Shown here: positions 16,038 to 25,627 of the stretch, one piece after another
Layout of the letters: each line of letters opens with the position of its first letter
How positions within the stretch are numbered: the stretch's first letter is position 1
DNA from: Chloroflexota bacterium
GTDB lineage: Bacteria > Chloroflexota > Dehalococcoidia > SM23-28-2 > RBG-16-64-32
Length of the DNA: 40,437 nucleotides
Assembly (NCBI GenBank): GCA_005880055.1
Contig: VBJS01000004.1
Coordinates: 1-40,437 of the forward strand
Direction: 5' to 3'
Notes under the pieces: model-generated
The model's input: the letters and a program-made list of their open reading frames with translations, nothing else
What the model was told of the DNA's origin: nothing
Databases searched by the model: none
Position numbers and translations under genes: made by a program

Positions 16038-16912
16038 CTGCCTTCGGCCGGTGCCGGCGCTTCAGCGGTGCGCCGCGGTATCGGCCGGGGAGCGGTCGGC
16101 TGCCCACCGCCGCCGTCTGCGCCGCCAATGCGGCCGCTCAAGAACATATTGATCAGGTCAATCGGAATCGGGAAGACCACCGTGCTGTTTCGCTCGGAGG
16201 CGATCTCCGTCAGCGTCTGCAGGTAACGCAACTGTAGCGTCGCAGGCTCCGCGGCCATGACCGCACCCGCCTCTGCCAAACGCGCCGCCGCCTCGAACTC
16301 TCCCTCGGCGTGGATCACCTTCGCGCGCCGCTCGCGCTCTGCCTGCGCCTGCCTGCTCATGGCGTTGATCATATCGGCAGGCAGGCTCACGTCCCGCACC
16401 TCCACGATCGTCACCTTGATACCCCAGGGCTCGGTCGATTCGTCGATGATGTGCTGAAGGCGCTGATTGACCTCGTCTCGCTTGCTGAGGAGTTCATCGA
16501 GATCGGACTGGCCGAGCACGGACCGCAGCGTGGTCTGGGCAACGAGCGAGGTGGCGCGGAAGTAGTCCATCACTTTCGTCACCGCGTCCTCCGGGTTCAC
16601 CACCCGGAAGTAGACAACAGCGTCCACCTTAACCGTGACGTTGTCCCGCGTGATCACGTCCTGGCGCGGTACATCCATGGTCACGATGCGCAGGTCCACC
16701 TTCACCATCCGCTCCACGAACGGCAGCATGAAGAACAGCCCCGGCCCTCGCGCGCCCACCAGCCTGCCCAGGCGGAATATGACGCCGCGCTCGTACTCCT
16801 GCACGATCCGGATGGCGAGGAAGAACAGCGGCACCGCCATGATGTACCCGAAGGCCGTCAGCAGCCGCGACAACAGGTTCGGCTCGCTAGGTGCGCGTGG
16901 GGCTTCGTTCAT
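16034..16912 (-). CDS. SPFH/band-7 (stomatin-like) protein
   Basis: 292 aa with an N-terminal TM hairpin and an SPFH core ([12 protein letters not shown]...[17 protein letters not shown]). A coiled-coil [10 protein letters not shown] region follows. Its start overlaps the stop of the upstream NfeD gene. Confidence 0.9.
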   Translation of the reverse strand: MNEAPRAPSEPNLLSRLLTAFGYIMAVPLFFLAIRIVQEYERGVIFRLGRLVGARGPGLFFMLPFVERMVKVDLRIVTMDVPRQDVITRDNVTVKVDAVVYFRVVNPEDAVTKVMDYFRATSLVAQTTLRSVLGQSDLDELLSKRDEVNQRLQHIIDESTEPWGIKVTIVEVRDVSLPADMINAMSRQAQAERERRAKVIHAEGEFEAAARLAEAGAVMAAEPATLQLRYLQTLTEIASERNSTVVFPIPIDLINMFLSGRIGGADGGGGQPTAPRPIPRRTAEAPAPAEGS

Positions 16913-18261
16913 GCTTTAGCTCCTTCTGGTTCTGTGCGTTTGACCTTCAGCTTTAGGCCCTGGATGGCTGTTATGATAACCGCAGATCCCGCCGGTATCT
17001 CGCCTGTCTCAGACTCGGCGGACCAGTATTCGCCGTTGACGAAAACGAACCCCGTAGGATTCAGTGGCGAACGGGCCACCGCGCGCCTGCCCACCATTGT
17101 CTCCACCCCCACCTTTGCCGGCATCCGCCTGATGCGGAGCACATTCGTCAGAATCACCGCCACGCCGAGAGCGAGGAAGGCGGCGAGGCCGAAGACAAGC
17201 AGCTTCGATACCTGGAATCCGGGCGGGTTGTCGCTCGTGAGCAGCAGCCCGCCGAGGACGAGCGAAATCGCCCCGCCCACACCTAATATGCCGTGACTGA
17301 CAATGAAGACCTCCAGTCCGAACAAGATGAACGCGAAGAGGATCAGCGCCACACCCGCCCAGTTGAACGGGATGACGCTGAGCGCGAAGAACCCGAGCAG
17401 CAGCGAGATGACACCGAAGACACCGGGGAATATGGCCCCTGGGTGCACGAACTCAATGAAGATCGCCAACGAACCGAGCGAGAGCATCAGAAAGGCGATG
17501 TTTGGGTCGGCGATGAGGTTGAGGAAGTCCTCGATGAAGTTCTGGTCGTTGTAAACGACAGGCGCGTTCGCCGTCTGCAGCTTGATCTCTGCCTGCGAGC
17601 CGAGCTTGACCTGCCGTCCGTCCGTTTGCTTAAGCAGGTCGTCGAGGTCGTTAGCGACAAGGTCGACGACATGCAGCCTCAGCGCCTCGCTGTTCTGGAC
17701 CGATGTACCCTTGCGGACCGCGTCCTCCGCCCAGTCGGCGTTGCGGCCTCGCAGTTCGGCCAGCGCTCGGATCTTGGCGACGGCGTCGTTCTTAACCTTG
17801 TTCCCCAAGTCGCCGCCGATATCGCTACCACTGGCGTCGATGGGCGTTGCTGCGCCGATGTTCGTGCCCGGCGCCATGGCGGCCACGTGGGCGGCATAAG
17901 TGATGAATGTTCCCGCCGACGCTGCCCTCCCGCTCGACGGCCAGACGTAGACGATCACCGGCACCTTTGAGTTGACGATGCGCTCGACGATGCTGTCCAT
18001 CGAGGTCGAAAGCCCACCCGGCGTCTTCAGCCGGATCACGACGGCCGCAGCGTTTTCGTCTTCCGCCGCGCCGATACCGCGGCTGATGTAGCGGTCCATC
18101 ACGGGGTTGACATCGCCGTCTGCAGTAAGCACATGGACGGCACCGGGACCTGCGTTGGGGCTCGCGGCGCAGGCGAACGTGGCCAGCCCGAGGACGAGGG
18201 CGAGAAACGCCAGGCTTAAGCGCAGCGCCCGAAAAAGGCCGCCGCCGAAGATGATGTTCAT
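16909..18261 (-). CDS. NfeD-family membrane-bound ClpP-class serine protease (stomatin operon partner)
   Basis: It has a signal or TM segment, a ClpP-like domain ([19 protein letters not shown]), several TM helices, and a C-terminal OB-fold NfeD domain (GEYWSAES...). The start is taken at MNIIFGGG (450 aa). Confidence 0.85.
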   Translation of the reverse strand: MNIIFGGGLFRALRLSLAFLALVLGLATFACAASPNAGPGAVHVLTADGDVNPVMDRYISRGIGAAEDENAAAVVIRLKTPGGLSTSMDSIVERIVNSKVPVIVYVWPSSGRAASAGTFITYAAHVAAMAPGTNIGAATPIDASGSDIGGDLGNKVKNDAVAKIRALAELRGRNADWAEDAVRKGTSVQNSEALRLHVVDLVANDLDDLLKQTDGRQVKLGSQAEIKLQTANAPVVYNDQNFIEDFLNLIADPNIAFLMLSLGSLAIFIEFVHPGAIFPGVFGVISLLLGFFALSVIPFNWAGVALILFAFILFGLEVFIVSHGILGVGGAISLVLGGLLLTSDNPPGFQVSKLLVFGLAAFLALGVAVILTNVLRIRRMPAKVGVETMVGRRAVARSPLNPTGFVFVNGEYWSAESETGEIPAGSAVIITAIQGLKLKVKRTEPEGAKA

Positions 18262-18321
18262 CGTGTGGCCACCGGAGAAGGTTGCAACATGATTATATAG
18301 CGAAATTGGCTCGCCGCACGT

Positions 18322-18350
18322 TTGAGCCCCGTTTATGGCGGTGCTAGAAT
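18322..18350 (+). promoter_or_regulatory. Sigma70-like promoter of the his cluster.
   Basis: TTGAGC (18322-18327), a 17-nt spacer, then TG-C-TAGAAT (18343-18350, extended -10). Confidence 0.45.
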
Positions 18351-18372
18351 GGCCCCATTCCCCGCTGGAGAG

Positions 18373-19608
18373 ATGACCCAAATGCAAGAATCAATGCGCT
18401 GCCGGGGCATGCGCGATACGCTGCCGGAGGATATGGCGCGCTTTCGAGAGATAGAGCAGGCCTTCCGCGCCGTCTGCCTGGGTTGGGGCTACGAAGAGGT
18501 GCGCACGCCCACGCTGGAGCACCTGCACCTCTTCACGTCCGCCGGCACGCTCTCGCCGCAGATGCTGGGGCGCGTTTACTCCTTCCTCGACTGGGACGGC
18601 TGGAGCGGCGAACGCGTGGTGCTGCGACCGGACTCGACGATCCCGGTGGCCCGCCTGTACGTGGAGAATTTGAGCAGCGCCGCTATTCAGAGGCTGTTTT
18701 ACGTGCAAAACGTCCTCCGCTTCGCAGAAGGCGACGCTTCCCGCGAGGACTGGCAGTGTGGAGTGGAGCTCATCGGTGACGCGCAACCCCTGGGCGATGT
18801 TGAGCTTATCCAGATAGCAGGTGAGGTTCTGGCGGCGCTGGGCGTGGAGGCCTCCCTCAAGCTCTCCGATCCCGGCATTTTGCGCGCGATCCTCGATGGC
18901 GCCGGCTTCACGCATGCTGAGCAGCTTACGTTGTACGACCGGGTCCTGGATGGCGAACCCTCCGTGCTGGAAGCGGCCGCCGGGCGGCTTCCAGCGGCCG
19001 GCGCTTCTCTGCAGTCCCTGCTGATGCTTGAAGGGGATGGCCCCGCTTTTCTGCGTAACCTCCAGAGCTCTATTCTCCCGGCGGTACCCGCACTGGAGCG
19101 CCCTCTTTCGGAGCTGCTGGCCGTCTCACAAACGCTCGCGGACATCGGCAGGGAACACTCAGTGGCCCCTCTTCTCGTGCGAAACTTCGAGTACTACACG
19201 GGGCCGGTCTTTCACTTTTATTCCGGCAACAAGAAGGTGGGCGGCGGCGGCCGCTACGACTCGCTGATTGGTCTCGTGGGTGGCCACGACACGCCTGCAT
19301 CCGGTTTCGCCCTGGACATGGAGGTGCTCGCCACTCTAACGCATGAACCTCCGATATCTGCCGCACGGCGTTTAGTGGTACGGCCCGCGGGTCACTCGCG
19401 CGCCGAGGTGGCTGCCGCCTTTCAGCTGGCCGGTGCGCTCAGGCAGGCCGGCCGCAGATTTCGACTGGCGCTCTCCTCGGATGCGGGTGCGGAGCGCCAG
19501 GTTATCGCTGGTCGCGACGGCTACACGCTCGCCCTCAACGGCGCCGGGCCCCGGCAGTTCCGCACGGCGGACGAGGTGCTGCAAGCGCTCGCAGAATCAC
19601 CTCAGTGA
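18373..19608 (+). CDS. hisZ: ATP phosphoribosyltransferase regulatory subunit HisZ (HisRS paralogue)
   Basis: It has a class-II aaRS-like core with LRPDSTIP (HisZ-type), a degenerate motif 2 (LRFAEGDASREDWQCGVELIG), and GGGGRYDSL. Its stop overlaps the hisG GTG (GTGA). The start was chosen downstream of the predicted promoter; ATG 18382 is an alternative. Confidence 0.8.
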   Translation: MTQMQESMRCRGMRDTLPEDMARFREIEQAFRAVCLGWGYEEVRTPTLEHLHLFTSAGTLSPQMLGRVYSFLDWDGWSGERVVLRPDSTIPVARLYVENLSSAAIQRLFYVQNVLRFAEGDASREDWQCGVELIGDAQPLGDVELIQIAGEVLAALGVEASLKLSDPGILRAILDGAGFTHAEQLTLYDRVLDGEPSVLEAAAGRLPAAGASLQSLLMLEGDGPAFLRNLQSSILPAVPALERPLSELLAVSQTLADIGREHSVAPLLVRNFEYYTGPVFHFYSGNKKVGGGGRYDSLIGLVGGHDTPASGFALDMEVLATLTHEPPISAARRLVVRPAGHSRAEVAAAFQLAGALRQAGRRFRLALSSDAGAERQVIAGRDGYTLALNGAGPRQFRTADEVLQALAESPQ

Positions 19609-21008
19609 TTAAGATCGCTCTGCCCGCCGGCGATATCCGGTCCGCCGTCGCTGACTTCCTGGATTCGCGCGGCCTGCCCGTCGAGGGTTACGGTCAGGGT
19701 TCGCGGTCGTACCGGCTGGCCGCCCAAGACGCAAGTACAACAGTTCGAGTTTTCCGCGAAAAGGACATCCCTATCCAGGTGGCCCTGGGCAATTACGATC
19801 TGGGCATCTGCGATATCGCCTGGGTGAAGGAAATGCAGGTGCGCTTTCCGTCGCAGCCCGTGATCCCGCTATCAGATCTCGGTTTCGGCGGCGGGATGCT
19901 ACTGGCCGCAGCAGCCGCCTTTTGCGGCGGTCTGCCAATGATAGCCTCCTTGCCGGTTGTCCGTATCGCGTCCGAATTCCCCAACATCGCCGAAGCCTTC
20001 GTGATGGCAACGCGCTTCACCGCCTATCGGGTGCAGTCCGTGTGGGGATCTGCCGAGGTCTACCCGCCGGAAGACGCAGACCTGGTGGTCCTGCTCGCCG
20101 GGAGCGAGGAGGCGGTCTCTGAATCCGGTCTCGCCCCGCTGACTCCGCTGCTCGCGACCTCCGCCTGGCTAATCGGCAACGAGGAGAGCCTCAGGAAGAA
20201 AGAACTGGCGCCGGTCCTGGGCCTGCTCGGCTCAGGCGGTGCGTCCATCGCCGCAAACGGCCTCCACTTTCCGCCGCCCGTTGTCGCAGCCGAAAAGCCC
20301 CTGGTCAAGCGCCGAGACGAACGCAAAATGATTCGCCTTGCCGTTCCCGACGGCCACCAGCAGCAGCACGTAGTGGAGGCGCTCGACGCAGCGGGCCTCA
20401 AGCTGGACGGATACGACAAAGCGAATTGCGTGCGACGCCCTGTGAGCCCCTTACCCCGCCTCGAAGTAAAAGTGGTGCGGCCGCATGACATGCCGCAGTT
20501 GGTGGCGCTAGGTCAGTTCGACCTGGGGGTCACGGGACGGGACTGTCTGCTGGAGCACCTGCACCGCTTTCCTTCTAGCCCCGTGCAGGAGCTGTGCGAT
20601 CTCGGGCGCGGCGCTTACAACCTGAGCGCCGTCGTCTCTGAGGACCTGCCGGCTGACGACATCGAGACTGCCCTCGAACACTGGCGGGCGGAGGGGAAGA
20701 GGGCGATCCGGATCGCCTCCGAGTTTATGGGCACAGCCGACTATTACGCGCGCAGCCGCCACTTCTGGCGCTACCAGGTAATCCCTATCGCGGGCGCGTC
20801 CGAGGGGTTCGTCCCGGAAGACGCCGAGCTGCTGATCGAGGGCACGGAGACGGGAAAGACACTGCGAGAGAACCGCCTTAAGCCCATCGACCTCCTCTAT
20901 CGCTCTACCACCTGCGTCATCGGCCACCGTCAGCCGGCTCTTGAAGGCGCGCGCCGTCACGTCTTCGACGACGTGCTCGGCCGCCTGCGGACTGGCGCGG
21001 CCGGCTGA
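19605..21008 (+). CDS. hisG: ATP phosphoribosyltransferase HisG, present as a tandem duplication of the short-form catalytic module (467 aa).
   Basis: Module 1 covers about residues 1-208 and module 2 about residues 242-467, and the two align with each other. Examples are RIASEFPNIAEAF against RIASEFMGTADYY, and PEDADLVVLLAGSEEAVSESGLAP against PEDAELLIEGTETGKTLRENRLKP. Only module 2 keeps the ETGKTL PRPP-loop motif. Confidence 0.85.
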   Translation: MIKIALPAGDIRSAVADFLDSRGLPVEGYGQGSRSYRLAAQDASTTVRVFREKDIPIQVALGNYDLGICDIAWVKEMQVRFPSQPVIPLSDLGFGGGMLLAAAAAFCGGLPMIASLPVVRIASEFPNIAEAFVMATRFTAYRVQSVWGSAEVYPPEDADLVVLLAGSEEAVSESGLAPLTPLLATSAWLIGNEESLRKKELAPVLGLLGSGGASIAANGLHFPPPVVAAEKPLVKRRDERKMIRLAVPDGHQQQHVVEALDAAGLKLDGYDKANCVRRPVSPLPRLEVKVVRPHDMPQLVALGQFDLGVTGRDCLLEHLHRFPSSPVQELCDLGRGAYNLSAVVSEDLPADDIETALEHWRAEGKRAIRIASEFMGTADYYARSRHFWRYQVIPIAGASEGFVPEDAELLIEGTETGKTLRENRLKPIDLLYRSTTCVIGHRQPALEGARRHVFDDVLGRLRTGAAG

Positions 21009-21049
21009 TAGCCGTCTGGTAGAATTTAGGGCGAGGCAGAACCGCAGAT

Positions 21050-21793
21050 ATGCCGCCGCTTGTCCTTCACACGGCGATCGCGCGCAGCGTCGCTGACCGC
21101 ATGGCGTCCACCCTTCTCGACGATGAGCGGGGTAGTCTCTACCTGGGCGCCACCGCCCCGGACATTCGGGTTATCACCCGCTGGGAGCGGGAGCGCACTC
21201 ACTTCTTCGACCTGTCGAACTTCGACGAGCAGAGCGGCATTGCCGGCTTCTTCGAAGCTTACCCGTCACTCGTGTCTCCGGAAGAGTTGGCGCCGCCGGC
21301 CACCGCTTTTATCGCCGGCTACCTCACGCACCTGCAAATGGACGAGCTATGGATTAGCACCGTGTACCGGCCATACTTCGGCGAGCGTTCTGGGCTTGGC
21401 GGCGGCGTCCGGGCCAATATTCTTGACCGAGCACTTCAGTTCTCGCTCGACTGCGACCGCCGTCGCGACGCGCAATTTATGTCGGAGGTGACCGGCGCGA
21501 TTGCCCGCTCGGAGCTTGATATCCATGTAGGACTCCTGGACCCGCCCACGCTTCGCCAATGGCACGAAGTGGTGCTTGAAATCATGGGCCGTCCGCCGGA
21601 GTGGGAACGTTTCCGGCGCGCTGCGCGGCGTCACTTAGCGAACGGAGACGACGAGGACTCGGAGGAGCTGCTTCTGTCGCTTCCGGAGCTGGTGGACGAG
21701 GCACTTCGTCACCTGAGCCCAACCCGAGTCGACGAATTCTTGGAACGGGCGGCGCAGAGCAGCCTGGTTGCCGTGAAAGAATACCTCGCGTGA
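21050..21793 (+). CDS. Hypothetical protein with His/Asp motifs, possibly a metal-dependent hydrolase of the zinc phospholipase C-like pattern.
   Basis: 247 aa with the motifs LHTAIA, GATAPD, THFFD and GYLTHLQMDE. Its stop overlaps the hisD GTG (GTGA). The functional call is weak and rests on a remembered motif pattern only. Confidence 0.6.
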   Translation: MPPLVLHTAIARSVADRMASTLLDDERGSLYLGATAPDIRVITRWERERTHFFDLSNFDEQSGIAGFFEAYPSLVSPEELAPPATAFIAGYLTHLQMDELWISTVYRPYFGERSGLGGGVRANILDRALQFSLDCDRRRDAQFMSEVTGAIARSELDIHVGLLDPPTLRQWHEVVLEIMGRPPEWERFRRAARRHLANGDDEDSEELLLSLPELVDEALRHLSPTRVDEFLERAAQSSLVAVKEYLA

Positions 21794-23118
21794 GGATCGC
21801 GAAAGGCGCCGTCGAAGCCCGTGCGCTAATCCGTCGAGCGCCGCTGGAAGCGCCCCAGCTGCCGCCCGCGATGCGCGAGGCCATCCGTCGCGTCTTCGGC
21901 GCGGAGTTGGACGCGGCCGGTGTTGTGCAACGGGTGCTTCGCGATGTCCGGGAAGAAGGCGACACGGCGCTCCGCCGTTACAACGAGGCACTGGACGGGG
22001 TACCGAGTTCGGTGCCCCTCCAAGTATCCAAGGACGAGATTCAGCGGGCCTACTCGCGAGTGCACAAGGATGTTGTGAGCGCCCTGCAGCGGGCTGCTGA
22101 GCGCATCACTGCCTACCACAAGGTTCAGCTCGAGTACTCGCTGCGCTCGTTTGACTGCGAGGGCATCGGCCAAGTAGTGCGGCCCATCGAACGGGTGGGC
22201 ATTTATGTACCCGGGACAAGCGTGGTATATCCATCAACCGTGCTGATGACCGCAATTCCCGCGCGCGTGGCCGGCGTCGGGGAGCTAATCATGACGACGC
22301 CCGCGGCCGAGGACGGAAGGGTCTCGCCACTCAAGCTCGTGGCTGCGGACATCGCCAACGTCACCGCCGTCTACCGAGGCGGGGGCGCCCAGGCGATCGC
22401 CGCCATGGCGTACGGTACGGAGACCGTACCGCGCGTGCACAAGATCTGCGGGCCCGGAGGCATCTTCCCGACGCTCGCGAAGAAGTCCGTCTACGGAGAG
22501 GTGGGAATAGACGGCGTATTCGGCCCATCAGAGACCGTTGTTATCGCGGACGAACAGGCGCGTCCGGAGCTTGTGGCGGCGGACCTCATCGCGGGGGCAG
22601 AGCATGATCAGCTCGCGACCGCGCTCCTCCTTACGCCTTCCGAGGACCTCGCGAAAGCTGTCGATAGGGAGGTGGCTGGCCGGTTGGCTTCGCTGGAGCG
22701 GCGAGATGTGACCGCCGCCAGCCTGGAGGCGCGGGGCGGCATCGCGCTGGTCGAGTCGGTTGAAGAAGCCTTCGCGCTCGCCAATGAGTTCGCGCCGGAG
22801 CACCTGTGCCTGCACCTGCGCGATGCAGAATCCCACCTCTCGTCCGTGCGTAACGCCGGATGCGTGTTCGTGGGGGAGACGGCCGTAGAGTCGATAGGCG
22901 ACTACACGGCCGGCCCGAGTCACGTCATGCCGACGGCAGGGAGCGCCGTCTTCGCCTCACCGCTAGGTGTGCACGATTTCCTGAAGGTAACCAGCGTCGT
23001 CCGCCTGCGTCAGGAAGATATGGATGAAGTCGCGCCTCCCGCCGCGGCCATAGCGCGAGCGGAGGGCCTGGCGGGCCACGCTCAGGCAATCGACGCCAGG
23101 ATGAAGACCGGACGATGA
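21790..23118 (+). CDS. hisD: Histidinol dehydrogenase
   Basis: It contains the motifs GIYVPGTSVVYPSTVLM, ICGPGGIF, AGPSETVVIAD-like, AEH and GDYTAGPSHVMPT. The start is taken at GTG 21790 (442 aa). The longer track ORF overlaps the preceding gene. Confidence 0.92.
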   Translation: MRIAKGAVEARALIRRAPLEAPQLPPAMREAIRRVFGAELDAAGVVQRVLRDVREEGDTALRRYNEALDGVPSSVPLQVSKDEIQRAYSRVHKDVVSALQRAAERITAYHKVQLEYSLRSFDCEGIGQVVRPIERVGIYVPGTSVVYPSTVLMTAIPARVAGVGELIMTTPAAEDGRVSPLKLVAADIANVTAVYRGGGAQAIAAMAYGTETVPRVHKICGPGGIFPTLAKKSVYGEVGIDGVFGPSETVVIADEQARPELVAADLIAGAEHDQLATALLLTPSEDLAKAVDREVAGRLASLERRDVTAASLEARGGIALVESVEEAFALANEFAPEHLCLHLRDAESHLSSVRNAGCVFVGETAVESIGDYTAGPSHVMPTAGSAVFASPLGVHDFLKVTSVVRLRQEDMDEVAPPAAAIARAEGLAGHAQAIDARMKTGR

Positions 23119-24239
23119 ACGACGGACAGCGCGCAAACCGGAAGAACATCACGGAACTGGTCCAGCCGCATCTGCTGGATCTGCCCGGCTACACACCCGT
23201 GGAGCCGGTTGACGTGATGGCGAGACGGCTGGGCGTGCCGGAAGACCGCATCGCGAAACTGGACGGCAACGAGAACCCGTACGGGCCCTCGCCGAAGGTC
23301 GCCGAGGCGCTATCTCGCTATCGCTACTATCACATCTACCCCGATCCCGCCCAGCGCAATGTCCGCGAGGCGATCGGCCGGTACCTGGACGTCGACTCAG
23401 AGCAGGTAGTGCTCGGGTCCGGGTCCGATGAGTTGCTGGCGCTGGCGGCGCAACTCTTTCTTGCCCCCGGCGATACGCTCCTCGATGCGCCGCCCACGTT
23501 CGGGATGTACGAGTTCCTCGGCCGTCTGCACAACGCCCGTATCGTCGAGGTGCCCCGGCGGGAAGACTTCGAGATCGACATGCCGGCACTGGAATCGGCG
23601 CTGGCCCGAGGGGCCAAACTCTTGTACCTTGCCTCGCCGAATAATCCGACGGGAAACACTCTTTCCCCGCAGGATCTGGATCGGCTGCTGAGCTTCAACA
23701 CCGTGGTCGTCATCGACGAGGCCTACGCTGAGTTCGCGGGTCAGACGTTCGTGGAGCTGACGACCCACTACGACAACCTGATCGTCGTGCGCACATTCAG
23801 CAAGTGGGCGGGACTGGCCGGGCTGCGGGCAGGCTACGCGGTGTTCCCCAAACCGTTGGTGCCCATCCTCTGGAGCATGAAGGTGCCGTACAACCTCGGC
23901 GTGGCCGCCGAGCAGGCGGTCCTCGCGTCCCTGGAGGACGCGGACTACCTGCGCGACAACGTCCGCCGTATCGTCGAGGAGCGCGAACGGATGGCGGCGC
24001 GCCTCAACGACCTCGGTTGGGTACGTCCGTATCCCTCGCGCGCCAACTTCATCCTCTGCGAGATCCAGCGCTTGCCTGCCCGCAACGTGCGGGACGAGCT
24101 GCGCAAGCGGGGCATCCTTACGCGTTACTTCGACTCGGCCGGGTTGCACAACTGCCTGCGTATCAGCGTCGGACGGCCGCGGGACACCGACCGCGTGATC
24201 GAGGCGCTCACGGAGATCGGCGAGGGCGTCCGTGCCTGA
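23115..24239 (+). CDS. hisC: Histidinol-phosphate aminotransferase
   Basis: 374 aa with LDGNENPYGPSP, SPNNPTGN, and the PLP-lysine motif TFSKWAGLAGLRAGY. It has an ATGA overlap with hisD. Confidence 0.92.
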   Translation: MNDGQRANRKNITELVQPHLLDLPGYTPVEPVDVMARRLGVPEDRIAKLDGNENPYGPSPKVAEALSRYRYYHIYPDPAQRNVREAIGRYLDVDSEQVVLGSGSDELLALAAQLFLAPGDTLLDAPPTFGMYEFLGRLHNARIVEVPRREDFEIDMPALESALARGAKLLYLASPNNPTGNTLSPQDLDRLLSFNTVVVIDEAYAEFAGQTFVELTTHYDNLIVVRTFSKWAGLAGLRAGYAVFPKPLVPILWSMKVPYNLGVAAEQAVLASLEDADYLRDNVRRIVEERERMAARLNDLGWVRPYPSRANFILCEIQRLPARNVRDELRKRGILTRYFDSAGLHNCLRISVGRPRDTDRVIEALTEIGEGVRA

Positions 24240-24825
24240 ACGCCGCGCAACAGTCGCCCGCGAGACGCGCGAGACCAAGATCAGCCTGGAGCTTGCGCTC
24301 GATGGCAGTGGGCGCTACCAGGTGCGAACCGGGATCGGCATGCTGGACCACCTGCTGGAGCAACTGGCGAAGCACGCATTGTTCGACATAACCATCGAGG
24401 CGAGCGGCGACATCGAGCGTGACCCGCATCACCTGATCGAGGACCTGGGGTTGACGCTCGGACGCGCGCTCGACCAGGCGCTCGGGGAGCGGCGCGGCAT
24501 CATCCGCTTCGGCCACGCCGTCGTCCCAATGGACGAGGCGCTGGTGCTTGTTGCGCTGGACCTGGGCGGCCGGCCTTACGCGGCGGTCGACCTGAAGTTC
24601 GAGCGCGAGAGCATCGGCGAGTTGCCGACGGAGAACATCGCGCACTTCCTGGAGGGGCTGGCACAGGAAGGCCGCCTGAACCTCCACGTCCGTGAGCTGG
24701 CCGGCGGCAACGACCATCACCGCGCGGAATCCGCGTTCAAGGCCCTCGCCCGTGCGCTATCGGCCGCCGTCCGCGTCGATGAGCGGCTCGCGGGGCAGGT
24801 GCCGAGCACGAAGGACGTACTTTAG
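24232..24825 (+). CDS. hisB: Imidazoleglycerol-phosphate dehydratase (monofunctional)
   Basis: 197 aa with RETRETKISLELALDGSG, IEDLGL and GNDHHRAESAFKALARAL. The GTG start overlaps hisC by 8 nt. Confidence 0.95.
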   Translation: MPERRATVARETRETKISLELALDGSGRYQVRTGIGMLDHLLEQLAKHALFDITIEASGDIERDPHHLIEDLGLTLGRALDQALGERRGIIRFGHAVVPMDEALVLVALDLGGRPYAAVDLKFERESIGELPTENIAHFLEGLAQEGRLNLHVRELAGGNDHHRAESAFKALARALSAAVRVDERLAGQVPSTKDVL

Positions 24826-24827
24826 GG

Positions 24828-25283
24828 GTGGCTGATCTGGAAGCCGCGATGCTGGCGCGGCACCCGAGCGTGCTCCCGAAGCACCTGATAATGCTCGCCG
24901 CCTCCGGCATCGCTTATGAAAACGGCAAGATACTAATGGTCCGCGATCTCCAGGGCTTCTGGGCGGGCGTCGGCGGCTGGGTGGATCCGGGCGAAACGCC
25001 CGAGCAGGCGATCGTCCGCGAGGTACGCGAGGAGCTGGGTGTGGATGCCGCGGTTGTCAAACATTTCCGCCCGTTCATTGCGTGGAACGTCCGCCAGCAG
25101 GAGCCACCGGTAAGCTTCCTGCTATTCCCGCACCGCATCAAGCTCAGCTCGTTCGACGTGGCGCTCGATCCGGCGGAACTGTCAGACGTAGCGTGGGTGC
25201 CGCCCGAGGAGTTGGACGGGTACGAAATGCTACCGCCGATCAGGGCGATTTACCGCGACCGGCTGAGCGAATGGCTGGCGTGA
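24828..25283 (+). CDS. Nudix hydrolase
   Basis: 151 aa with the Nudix box GGWVDPGETPEQAIVREVREELGV. It starts 2 nt after the hisB stop. ATG 24849 is an alternative start. Confidence 0.82.
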   Translation: MADLEAAMLARHPSVLPKHLIMLAASGIAYENGKILMVRDLQGFWAGVGGWVDPGETPEQAIVREVREELGVDAAVVKHFRPFIAWNVRQQEPPVSFLLFPHRIKLSSFDVALDPAELSDVAWVPPEELDGYEMLPPIRAIYRDRLSEWLA

Positions 25284-25369
25284 ATCCCCACGCGGGGTCA
25301 GGTTTCAACCTGACACGGGGGACGGGTTGAGAGCTGATGACTGTTAGCCGACCGCTGACCGCTAAACGG

Positions 25370-25627
25370 CTAGCCCTTCACCTGCTCGACCGCCAAGCGG
25401 AAACCCTCGATCACCGGGTTCGCCAGCAACTTGCGGCACATCTCCGTCACCTGGGCTTCCGCCTTCTTCTTGCTCGCGGCATCGAGGCGGATCTCCATGT
25501 ACTTGCCGGCGCGCACGGAGCCCACCTCAGTGAAGCCGAGCGAGTGGAGCGCGCCCTGGATGGTGAGTCCCTCAGGGTCGTTGACGGTCGGCTTCAGGCT
25601 CACCTCCACGCGCGCCAGGAACTGCAT
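25370..25627 (-). CDS. purS: Phosphoribosylformylglycinamidine synthase subunit PurS
   Basis: 85 aa starting at MQFLARVEVSLKPTVNDPEG. The start shares one nucleotide with the upstream stop (TGATG). Confidence 0.88.
   Translation of the reverse strand: MQFLARVEVSLKPTVNDPEGLTIQGALHSLGFTEVGSVRAGKYMEIRLDAASKKKAEAQVTEMCRKLLANPVIEGFRLAVEQVKG

Noticed and set aside
18322-19608. Calling this HisRS-like ORF a genuine histidyl-tRNA synthetase (hisS).
   Set aside because: It has LRPDST rather than LRPEGT, its motif 2 is degenerate (no RYERPQ-type sequence), and its stop overlaps the hisG start. All three features favour the HisZ regulatory paralogue.
25297-25314. The hairpin GTCAGGT-TTCA-ACCTGAC between the convergent Nudix and purS genes, considered as a bidirectional terminator.
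   Set aside because: The stem is only 7 bp and has no U-tract on either strand. That evidence is too weak to list as a feature.
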